64,000 nucleotides of DNA, taken from a candidate division WWE3 bacterium CSP1-7. Lineage in GTDB: Bacteria > Patescibacteriota > WWE3 > 9FT-COMBO-53-11. The first letter of the stretch is position 1. Every line of letters starts with the position of its first letter. Location: positions 32,001 to 96,000 of the forward strand of contig LDXK01000001.1 in assembly GCA_001443395.1 (NCBI GenBank). The letters are read 5' to 3'. Shown piece after piece: positions 57,157 through 64,000 of this stretch. The notes under the pieces are model-generated. The model was not told the DNA's origin, made no database searches, and was given only the letters and a program-made list of their open reading frames with translations. Both the position numbers and the translations under genes were made by a program.

Positions 57157-57488
57157 TTCTTCGACCCCTTTCTCCGCCGACTTACGGTTTTCTTGGCACC
57201 TTCTGTCTTGATTTTCTCCTTGGCTACTGGCTCCTGGCTCCTAGCGACTGATTTCCCATCCAATTCCACCACCACCCACCGCTTTGTTTTTGAGATGGGC
57301 CGGCTCTCCTCGATCGTCACCGATTTCCCAACCGGAGCGTCTCCGTCTGCCACGTGAACCAAGTAAACCTTAGAAGTCAGGATGCGCTTCCGGTAGCGGG
57401 GGTGATGAAAAACCCGCACCACCTCCACCGCCACGGTGTTCTTGCCACTGATTCTTTTGATTATCCCTTTAAGCTTTTTTCTTGCCAT
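57153..57488 (-). CDS. rpsQ: 30S protein S17
   Basis: HP.Y.K, V.IEESRPISKTKRW. Confidence 0.94.
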   Translation of the reverse strand: MARKKLKGIIKRISGKNTVAVEVVRVFHHPRYRKRILTSKVYLVHVADGDAPVGKSVTIEESRPISKTKRWVVVELDGKSVARSQEPVAKEKIKTEGAKKTVSRRRKGSKK

Positions 57489-57705
57489 TTTGTTTCTCTA
57501 CCAAAACTTCCTTCAGAATTTCTTTCTCACCCATAGCCGTCATCACCCGCGCCGCCTCCCGCCGTTTTTTGCTAATCGTGGAGGTGTCGGCCAAGGAACC
57601 GATCGCCCGCTTGCCGCGGAGCTGGGAAATCTCCGCCTGCGTCTCCGCCAAAACCTTGCGGAGCTCCTTCTCCTCTTTTTCGCGAAACTCTTTCATTTTG
57701 CTCAT
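57469..57705 (-). CDS. rpmC: 50S protein L29
   Basis: Position after rplP; RRE.ARV.T. Confidence 0.88.
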   Translation of the reverse strand: MSKMKEFREKEEKELRKVLAETQAEISQLRGKRAIGSLADTSTISKKRREAARVMTAMGEKEILKEVLVEKQNGKKKA

Positions 57706-57739
57706 TTTTTCAAAATGCTAGGTCGTTTCTTCGGCCGTC
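57694..57739 (+). mobile_element. Type A cassette with replacement rpmC 5' end
   Basis: Old ATG AGC CGT ATG (57740-57751) versus new ATG AGC AAA ATG (57694-57705). Confidence 0.8.
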
Positions 57740-57747
57740 CATACGGC

Positions 57748-58152
57748 TCATTTCTTGACAATCTTCGTGGCGAGAGGCAACTTGGCCGCCGCCAATTTTA
57801 GGGCCTTCTCGGAAAGCTCCGCGGGAACACCGGAAATCTCAAGCAGGATCCGTCCCGGTTTGATTTCGGCCGCGTAGTGGTCTACTGCCGATTTTCCTCC
57901 CCCCATCCGAATTTCCGCCGGCTTTTTGGAAACCGGTTTGTCGGGGAAGATCCTGATCCACAACTTTCCCCCTCTTTCCGTGTATCCCCGAATAACCTTT
58001 CGAGCCGCCTCAATGTGCCGGGAGGAAAGATTCCCTTTTGTCAGGGCTTGCAGACCGTATTCCCCAAAGGAGACCTCGCTGCCACGCCAGGCCTTGCCCT
58101 TGATCCGGCCGCGAAAACGTTTTCTGAATTTTGTCTTTTTTGGTAACAGCAT
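57748..58152 (-). CDS. rplP: 50S protein L16
   Basis: [26 protein letters not shown]. Confidence 0.97.
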   Translation of the reverse strand: MLLPKKTKFRKRFRGRIKGKAWRGSEVSFGEYGLQALTKGNLSSRHIEAARKVIRGYTERGGKLWIRIFPDKPVSKKPAEIRMGGGKSAVDHYAAEIKPGRILLEISGVPAELSEKALKLAAAKLPLATKIVKK

Positions 58153-58155
58153 TTT

Positions 58156-58788
58156 TTAATCCTTGTTCAGCTCACCTCGGAAAACCCAAACCTTAACTCC
58201 AATTTTTCCGTAGCGCGTGGAGGCAAAACGGCCGGCAAAATCGATATCGGCTCTCAGAGTGGAGAGCGGGATCGATCCGCGCGAAATCTTTTCTCTTCGC
58301 GCAATCTCGGATCCCCCCAATCTCCCGGCCGCCTCGATCTTTACCCCCTTTGCTCCCCGACTCATCGACTCCTCGACGATCTCATTCAAAACTCTTCGAT
58401 ACTGACGCCCCCGCCGCTCCAGAATATTCACCACCCGGTCCGCCAGAAGAGCCGCGGAGGTGGCCGGCGATTTGGATTCGACGATATCCAGCTCCACCGG
58501 GACTTCCAGAATTCTTGTCAGTTCTACCTTGAGGAGCTCGGCGCCGCCGCCGCCCCGGCCGATGACCAAACCGGGCTTGGCCACAATCACGACCACTTTA
58601 ACCTTTGATCCGGAACGTTCGATCTCGATGTCCTCCAAACCCGCTTCTATAAGCCTCGCGGCGAGGAAACGGCGGATCCGCGAGTCCTCTCCGGCGTTCT
58701 TGGCGTAATCCCGATCGCTAAACCAGCGCGAGCGCCACGGCAGAAAAGTGCCCGTTCTCAGAGATTTGGGACTCAGCTTATGACCCAC
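58156..58788 (-). CDS. rpsC: 30S protein S3
   Basis: GHK..P..LR.G, PG.VIGRGG, GRLGG.EIAR, PL.TLRADID; GTG after GGAG. Confidence 0.96.
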   Translation of the reverse strand: MGHKLSPKSLRTGTFLPWRSRWFSDRDYAKNAGEDSRIRRFLAARLIEAGLEDIEIERSGSKVKVVVIVAKPGLVIGRGGGGAELLKVELTRILEVPVELDIVESKSPATSAALLADRVVNILERRGRQYRRVLNEIVEESMSRGAKGVKIEAAGRLGGSEIARREKISRGSIPLSTLRADIDFAGRFASTRYGKIGVKVWVFRGELNKD

Positions 58789-59209
58789 TGTTACTCCTTT
58801 CATCTCTATCAGCGATCTTCTTTAGAACGACCATTAGATGGGTGGAGGGGCTGATAATCATTCCGCGCGATCCCCGGGATTTCGGGTCCACTCGCCGCCG
58901 AAAGGTAGGTCCCTTGTCCGCCCGAACTTCCGCCACCAACCAGGTTTCTTTATCGAAACCGGCTCCGGCGTTGGCAGAAGCGGAGTGGAGAACATCGGCC
59001 ACCGTTTCGCCGCCGCGGGTACCGCTGAACTTCAGGATAGTTTCGGCTACAACCACCCTCTTGCCGCGGATCAAGCGCGCGAAATCCCGGACTTTGGTCG
59101 GGGTAATCTTCAGGTAGCGACCAATAGCCCGCGCTTCCGTCTTTGCGGGAGCGACCGGAACCGCCGGTACCGATTTTTCTTTTTTGTCTTTAATCTTTGT
59201 TTTTTCCAT
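58778..59209 (-). CDS. rplV: 50S protein L22
   Basis: P.KVR..A.LIRGK, SA.ANA, GP..RR..P.SRG. Confidence 0.94.
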   Translation of the reverse strand: MEKTKIKDKKEKSVPAVPVAPAKTEARAIGRYLKITPTKVRDFARLIRGKRVVVAETILKFSGTRGGETVADVLHSASANAGAGFDKETWLVAEVRADKGPTFRRRVDPKSRGSRGMIISPSTHLMVVLKKIADRDERSNSGS

Positions 59210-59502
59210 TAGACTCTTCCCTCCGAGAGGGTCGCCTTGACCCCTTTTGCCCCATGCTTCCGGAAGGTCCGCGTCGGGGAAAACTCTCCCAAATGATGTC
59301 CCACCATCGCCTCGACAATTTTTACCGGGATGTGCTCTTTTCCGTTGTAAACCGCAATCGTTAACCCCACCATTTCCGGGGAAACTTGGGAAGAGCGCGA
59401 CCAGGTTCGAATCGGCTCGTTGCTACCGGCTTCTTTGGCCCGCAAAACCTTTTTCATCAATTTTGGCTCGATAAACGGCCCTTTTTTGTTACTTCGGCTC
59501 AT
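59209..59502 (-). CDS. rpsS: 30S protein S19
   Basis: [24 protein letters not shown]. Confidence 0.97.
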   Translation of the reverse strand: MSRSNKKGPFIEPKLMKKVLRAKEAGSNEPIRTWSRSSQVSPEMVGLTIAVYNGKEHIPVKIVEAMVGHHLGEFSPTRTFRKHGAKGVKATLSEGRV

Positions 59503-60248
59503 CTTTTCTTTTTCCTCAATACAATGTAACGATCGGTATGAAAGCGCTTCCGCGTCTTCTTGCCCAGAGTGGGTTTACCCCAAGGAGTTTTGGGACCGGG
59601 CATTCCGATTCCGGAACGGCCTTCTCCCCCTCCGTGCGGATGGGAGGACGGATTCTGCGCCACTCCCCGCACCGTGGGCCGAATCCCCATGTGCCGTTTG
59701 ATCCCAGCCTTCCCGTATTTTCTCAGCTTGCGCTCCACTCCCGCCAAACGGCCGACCGTCGCCCAACAATCTTTAAATATGCGGCGAACTTCTCCGGAGG
59801 GCATCTTTAGGTGGACGAACTCATCCTCCCGCGCCACCACCACCGCGGCCGAACCGGCCGTCCGGACAAACTGCGCTCCCCTTCCGGGGATGAGCTCGAC
59901 GTTGTGAACCTCGGTTCCCACCGGAATCTTGCCGATCGGCAGGGCATTCCCGGTTCGGATCGGGGCGGAATCATCACTGACCACCTGGTCCCCGACCTGG
60001 AGCTTCTCCGGCTGGAGAATAAACCGCCGCTCTCCGTCTTTGTAGACCAGCCGAGCGAGATTGGCAGAGCGGTTGGGGTCGTACTCGAACAGCTCCACCC
60101 GCCCCGGCAGTCCGCGCTTATCGCGTTTAAAGTCTATCACCCGATAGAGCCGTTTGGCGCCTCCGCCGTGGTGGCGAGTCGTTACTTTTCCGAGGCTCCG
60201 CCCCACCGCCCGCTTTCGGCCAAATTTTAGAGTCTTTGGTTTGGTCAC
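59499..60248 (-). CDS. rplB: 50S protein L2 (short N-terminus)
   Basis: [32 protein letters not shown]. Confidence 0.97.
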   Translation of the reverse strand: MTKPKTLKFGRKRAVGRSLGKVTTRHHGGGAKRLYRVIDFKRDKRGLPGRVELFEYDPNRSANLARLVYKDGERRFILQPEKLQVGDQVVSDDSAPIRTGNALPIGKIPVGTEVHNVELIPGRGAQFVRTAGSAAVVVAREDEFVHLKMPSGEVRRIFKDCWATVGRLAGVERKLRKYGKAGIKRHMGIRPTVRGVAQNPSSHPHGGGEGRSGIGMPGPKTPWGKPTLGKKTRKRFHTDRYIVLRKKKR

Positions 60249-60544
60249 TTTTCTTCAAAAAACTCAATCTTCCCCTCCGACAAAGTCACCAAGGCCTTTT
60301 TAACCGCACTCTGTTCCGCCCGCACCGGTCGCTTTTTGGGTGTCCGCCAGCGAGTCTCTTTTCCGGGAGTGCGAATAATGGCGACCTTCGCCACTTTGGT
60401 TCCTTTGTGAAGAAGCTCGACCGCCGCGGCCACATCTTTCTTCGTGGCCTGAGGCGCAATCTCAAAAAGATATTTTCCCTGACGGGCCTGGGCGTAGCCC
60501 TTTTCCGAAACCACCGGCTTTTTTAAAACTTGATAGATGTTCAT
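60245..60544 (-). CDS. rplW: 50S protein L23
   Basis: PVVSEK, ATK.DV..AVE, KKALVTL. Confidence 0.92.
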   Translation of the reverse strand: MNIYQVLKKPVVSEKGYAQARQGKYLFEIAPQATKKDVAAAVELLHKGTKVAKVAIIRTPGKETRWRTPKKRPVRAEQSAVKKALVTLSEGKIEFFEEK

Positions 60545-61260
60545 CGCTTCTTGCTCTTTGTCTTTCGCTTAGGGCCAACCGTCTTTTTTACTACTTTCAC
60601 TGGCTTTATCGCCTTTACCACTTTTACCGTCTTTCTTTTCTCCGTCAATCTCTCCTTGAGCTTCCCAATGCTTTCCTGGAAAAAAACCAGATCGCCGGAG
60701 TTGAGAACCTCATAGGGATTCAGGTTCCCCACCAACTCCACCGTCGCGTCCGCCAGATTCCGGAAGGAACGGAAGACATTGGTATTCATTTCAGGAACGA
60801 CCACCAAAGCTTTCCGAGTTTTGAGTTTCGCCAAAAGCTGTTGGGCAACGGCGGTTTTCGGCTCTTTGAAAACTGGGTCCACGACCACCCAAACCCTTTC
60901 CGCCGCCGCTTTGGCAGAGAGTGCCGACCGTAACGCCAAGTCCTTAACCTTTTTGGTCAGAAGCGCCTCAAAGGTGCGAGGCCGGGGACCAAAGGTTATC
61001 CCCCCGCCAACCCAAATCGGAGAACGAACCGAACCGTGCCGCGCCCGCCCCGTGCCCTTCTGGGCCCAGGGTTTGCGTCCCCCACCGGAGACCTCACCCC
61101 GAGTCTTGGTGGCCACCGTTCCGGCCCGCTGGATGTTCCGATAGACGTGGATGTACTGACGCAGGACCGTGAGGTTTGGCTTCACTCCAAAGATATCCTC
61201 CGGCAGTTCAATCTTCTTTTCGGTTTTTACTCCCTTCGCGCTATAGATACTAACTTTCAT
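60541..61260 (-). CDS. rplD: 50S protein L4
   Basis: [29 protein letters not shown]. Confidence 0.97.
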   Translation of the reverse strand: MKVSIYSAKGVKTEKKIELPEDIFGVKPNLTVLRQYIHVYRNIQRAGTVATKTRGEVSGGGRKPWAQKGTGRARHGSVRSPIWVGGGITFGPRPRTFEALLTKKVKDLALRSALSAKAAAERVWVVVDPVFKEPKTAVAQQLLAKLKTRKALVVVPEMNTNVFRSFRNLADATVELVGNLNPYEVLNSGDLVFFQESIGKLKERLTEKRKTVKVVKAIKPVKVVKKTVGPKRKTKSKKR

Positions 61261-61309
61261 GGTCTTTTCATGAAATTGCAACCCCCTTTAGCGGGGACAG
61301 CACTCTCAT
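61252..61309 (-). mobile_element. Type C cassette with replacement rplD 5' end
   Basis: ATGAGAGT-GCTGTCCCCGCTAAAGGGGGTTGC-AATTTCAT..ATGAAAGTT (MRV versus MKV). Confidence 0.65.
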
Positions 61310-61836
61310 TGTTTTTTCTCCTCTTCCTTAACTTCTTCCTTCGAACTCTCGGTTCCCGGCGCGGCTTTTTCCGCCGGCGGAATCTCGCTCTCCGTTACGG
61401 TCTCGCCGGGTTCGTAAAATATCGTTAGATTACTCAGCCGCGGGCCGGGAAGAGCTCCCGAGATCCTGGCGATTTTCTTCTCGGTATCCACCTCCACCAC
61501 CGATAATCCCGGCACCGTCACCTGCTCCCCACCCATGCGGCCGGCCATCCGCTTGCCGCGATAGACTCGGCCGGGAGTGGTTGTGCCGCCGATCGAACCT
61601 GGAGCGCGCCCCTTGGTCGAGCGGCCGTGGGTTGCCGGCATTCCTGCAAAACCGTGGCGCTTCATCACTCCGGCAAAGCCCTTTCCCTTGGACGTTCCCA
61701 CCACTCTAACGGGCGTCCCGGGGGTAAAATCGGCCGGAATCTCCGTCAGCGAAACCGCGGTCACAGGAACAACTCTCCCGTCGGGCGAGAAAACCTGACC
61801 CATATCCAATTTTCGAGCTTCGATTTTGTTAGTCAC
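61306..61836 (-). CDS. rplC: 50S protein L3 (internally shortened)
   Basis: [36 protein letters not shown]. Confidence 0.94.
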   Translation of the reverse strand: MTNKIEARKLDMGQVFSPDGRVVPVTAVSLTEIPADFTPGTPVRVVGTSKGKGFAGVMKRHGFAGMPATHGRSTKGRAPGSIGGTTTPGRVYRGKRMAGRMGGEQVTVPGLSVVEVDTEKKIARISGALPGPRLSNLTIFYEPGETVTESEIPPAEKAAPGTESSKEEVKEEEKKQ

Positions 61837-61992
61837 AAAAAAAGCCGCTGCTCAAGCGGCCAAAAAGTCAGCGAGTTATTAGCACTAGCCAGCCGTATCC
61901 CGAGAACCCGCCTGCCGACTGCTGTCTGCTGTCTTTGTGAAACGCTTGGGCATTAACGAAGAGATAATAACAGAAGAAATCAAGCTTAGCAA
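61837..61992 (-). promoter_or_regulatory. rplC promoter and structured leader ending in a terminator
   Basis: TTGCTA-17-TATTAT; GCCGCT-tgagc-AGCGGC-TTTTTTT directly before GTG. Confidence 0.65.
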
Positions 61993-62054
61993 CAGTGAGG
62001 ATCATTTTCGAGTAAAACGAGAAAAGAGGGTTGGTGAGCCCTTAGCGAACCGCC

Positions 62055-62363
62055 CTACATCTTCACCTCTACCCCGACGCCGGCGGGGAGATCGAGGTTG
62101 GAGAGTTCATCAATGGTTTTGGGGGTGGGTTCTTCGATATCGACCAGCCTTTTGTGCGTTAGGATTTCAAACGATTCGCGGGAACGCTTGTCGATGTGAG
62201 GGGAACGGATCACAGTAAAAATCTCCCGTTCTGTCGGGAGTGGGATGGGGCCTACGACCTTGGCGCCGGTGCGAATCGCCGCATCGACAATCTTCTCCGC
62301 GCTGCGGTCAATCACCCGGGCGTCGTAAGCTTTTAAACGAACTCTAATCCTTCCTTTTGGCAT
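62055..62363 (-). CDS. rpsJ: 30S protein S10
   Basis: LKAYD, GPIPLPT, RSPH..K.SRE.F, LPAGV. Confidence 0.97.
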   Translation of the reverse strand: MPKGRIRVRLKAYDARVIDRSAEKIVDAAIRTGAKVVGPIPLPTEREIFTVIRSPHIDKRSRESFEILTHKRLVDIEEPTPKTIDELSNLDLPAGVGVEVKM

Positions 62364-62400
62364 GAAACGTGCTACTTACCCTAGTCGGCGGGAGATCAGG

Positions 62401-63591
62401 TTACTTGATAACCTTGGAAACGACTCCCGCTCCCACTGTGTGCCCTCCTTCGCGAATTGCGAAGCGCACACCCTCTTCGAGAGCAATCGGCTGAATCAGT
62501 TTTGCCGTAACTTTGACGTTGTCACCCGGCATCACCATCTCCACCTCTTTGGGAAGAGTAACCTCGCCCGTTACATCGGTGGTCCGCAGGTAGAACTGCG
62601 GCCGATAGCCGGTGAAGAAAGGAGTGTGGCGCCCGCCTTCCTCTTTGGAGAGAACGTAGACCTCGGCCTCAAACTCGGTGTGGGGAGTAATCGAACCGGG
62701 AATCGCCACTACCTGACCGCGCTCGATATCGTCCCGCTCAATTCCGCGGAGAAGAAGACCGACGTTGTCACCGGCCTGAGCTTCATCCAACGATTTGCGA
62801 AACATCTCTACTCCGGTCACGACCGTCTTTTTTGTATCCTTTAGACCGACCAACTCAACTTCATCGTTTACCTTGATCTTGCCACGATCGACGCGACCGG
62901 TCGCAACTGTTCCTCGGCCCTTGATGGAGAAAACATCTTCCACCGGCATCAGGAAAGGTTTGTCCAGATCGCGTACCGGAGTGGGAATGTAGTCATCGAC
63001 TGCTTTCATTAACTCTTCGATGCTCTTGAGAGCCTCGGCGTCACCGTCGAGGGCTTTCAAGGCGGAACCACGAATCACCGGAACTTTGTCACCCGGGTAT
63101 TCGTACTTGCTCAGGAGCTCCCGAACCTCAACCTCCACCAGGTCGATTAGCTCCTTGTCGTCAACCATGTCCACTTTGTTGATGAAAACGACAATCGCCG
63201 GCACGTTCACCTGGTGCGCCAAAAGAATGTGCTCCCGGGTTTGCGGCATCGGGCCGTCCGGAGCAGAAACAACCAAAATCGCCCCATCCATCTGAGCGGC
63301 GCCGGTGATCATATTCTTAATGTAGTCGGCGTGTCCCGGAGCGTCGATGTGAGCGTAGTGGCGCTTCTCGGTTTCGTATTCGACGTGAGAAATGTTAATG
63401 GTAATCCCACGTTCCTTTTCCTCGGGAGATTTGTCGATATCTTCAAACTTATAAAACTCCGACATCCCCTTGGTGGAAAGGTATTTGGTGATGGCCGCGG
63501 TAAGGGTGGTCTTCCCGTGGTCAACGTGGCCGATTGTGCCCACGTTTACGTGGGGTTTGGTTCTTTCAAATTTCTTTGCTGCTTCTGCCAT
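62401..63591 (-). CDS. tuf: Elongation factor Tu
   Basis: [30 protein letters not shown]. Confidence 0.99.
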   Translation of the reverse strand: MAEAAKKFERTKPHVNVGTIGHVDHGKTTLTAAITKYLSTKGMSEFYKFEDIDKSPEEKERGITINISHVEYETEKRHYAHIDAPGHADYIKNMITGAAQMDGAILVVSAPDGPMPQTREHILLAHQVNVPAIVVFINKVDMVDDKELIDLVEVEVRELLSKYEYPGDKVPVIRGSALKALDGDAEALKSIEELMKAVDDYIPTPVRDLDKPFLMPVEDVFSIKGRGTVATGRVDRGKIKVNDEVELVGLKDTKKTVVTGVEMFRKSLDEAQAGDNVGLLLRGIERDDIERGQVVAIPGSITPHTEFEAEVYVLSKEEGGRHTPFFTGYRPQFYLRTTDVTGEVTLPKEVEMVMPGDNVKVTAKLIQPIALEEGVRFAIREGGHTVGAGVVSKVIK

Positions 63592-63602
63592 TGGACTAGT
63601 AG

Positions 63603-63631
63603 ATGTTAGAGCTTAATGCTAAGTATGTCAA
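63603..63631 (-). promoter_or_regulatory. Sigma70-type tuf promoter
   Basis: TTGACA-17bp-TAACAT. Confidence 0.7.
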
Positions 63632-63692
63632 GCCCCTTGTTTCCCCCCAGAGATGATTTTCTGCGCCACGTTCTCCGGAACCTTCTCGTAAT

Positions 63693-63830
63693 AAGGCTTC
63701 TCGCTAACGCTCAGGAACCTTGTCCGCCTCTGGCGGATAAGGCTTCTCGCTAACGCTCGAAGACCATCTTACTCACGCTTCCCACCGGAAATGATTTTTG
63801 AGGCAACACTTTCCGGGACGCGTTCGTAAT
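63693..63830 (-). mobile_element. Two tandem type B cassettes with replacement fusA 3' end
   Basis: TAAGGCTTCTCGCTAACGCTC twice around TCCGCC-tct-GGCGGA; fusA C-terminus duplicated at 63628-63692. Confidence 0.8.
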
Positions 63831-64000
63831 GAGATGGTTCAATGTTAAAAGTTCCTCTTCCCGATGTCAAGGAACGAATGGTAGTGGCGTAGCCAAAAAT
63901 TTCGGCCAGCGGCACAATTGCTTTGATGACCTGGGCATTGCCGCGCGAATCCGTTCCCTGGATCTGTGCCCGCCGGGAAGAGAGGTCCCCCATCGTTTCC
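63769..64000 (-). CDS. fusA: Elongation factor G (3' end only)
   Basis: [27 protein letters not shown]...HY. Confidence 0.95.
   Translation of the reverse strand, partial: ETMGDLSSRRAQIQGTDSRGNAQVIKAIVPLAEIFGYATTIRSLTSGRGTFNIEPSHYERVPESVASKIISGGKRE

Noticed and set aside
2841-57751. Hairpin repeats as a CRISPR array, rho-independent terminators or classical attC sites
   Set aside because: They are dispersed with no regular spacers or cas genes; they occur in both orientations inside operons, with T-runs explained as X'; and they lack GTTRRRY/RYYYAAC boxes or a nearby intI.
63590-63600. GGACTAGT at the tuf start (also 37924-37931) as hairpin-less cassettes
   Set aside because: Too short, with no convincing X/X' duplication; could be chance.
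38396-63830. Duplicated gene ends as simple assembly or slippage artefacts
   Set aside because: The copies differ mainly at synonymous positions and repeatedly start right after the same GTC (or type B) junction. Read mapping is still advisable.
1-64000. Alternative genetic code (UGA=Gly) or an encoded integrase/transposase/prophage
   Set aside because: TGA ends conserved genes at expected positions (secA, rplP, rpmJ, sufB); no recombinase, transposase or phage structural motifs were recognised.

Overview
Core-genome window of a Patescibacteria/CPR-type bacterium (WWE3/Microgenomates-like, inferred from the missing L30, short L15/L3/RpoA and membrane-anchored Clp ATPase; standard code, TGA used as stop). 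Mostly minus-strand housekeeping genes: ftsEX, prfB, secA, serS/lysS/gltX/aspS, greA, a complete Rrf2-led SUF operon, rel, recJ, secDF, comM, rnpB, ymdB-rny-recA, sodA, the fusA-tuf-S10-spc-alpha-L13/S9 ribosomal superoperon and three tRNAs (Glu-CTC, Gln-CTG, Pro-GGG). The standout is a dispersed family of more than 20 tiny (40-140 bp) cassette-like elements with the layout X...X'-CTA-[hairpin]-GTC|X. They sit exactly at gene ends, gene starts and promoters. Each brings a recoded (often purely synonymous) replacement of the gene end it interrupts and leaves the ancestral end stranded beside it (rpsK, rpsD, rpsI, comM, fusA, rpmJ, secA, rpmC, rplD). They stack in tandem like integron cassettes, but no recombinase is encoded in this window. 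Also seen: an AT-rich tRNA-Gln-linked segment (GIY-YIG, obgE, DEAD-box helicase) between 17-bp direct repeats, several structured leaders or attenuators, and pervasive leaderless-promoter geometry. All calls come from reading the sequence and motifs; no searches or folding programs were run.
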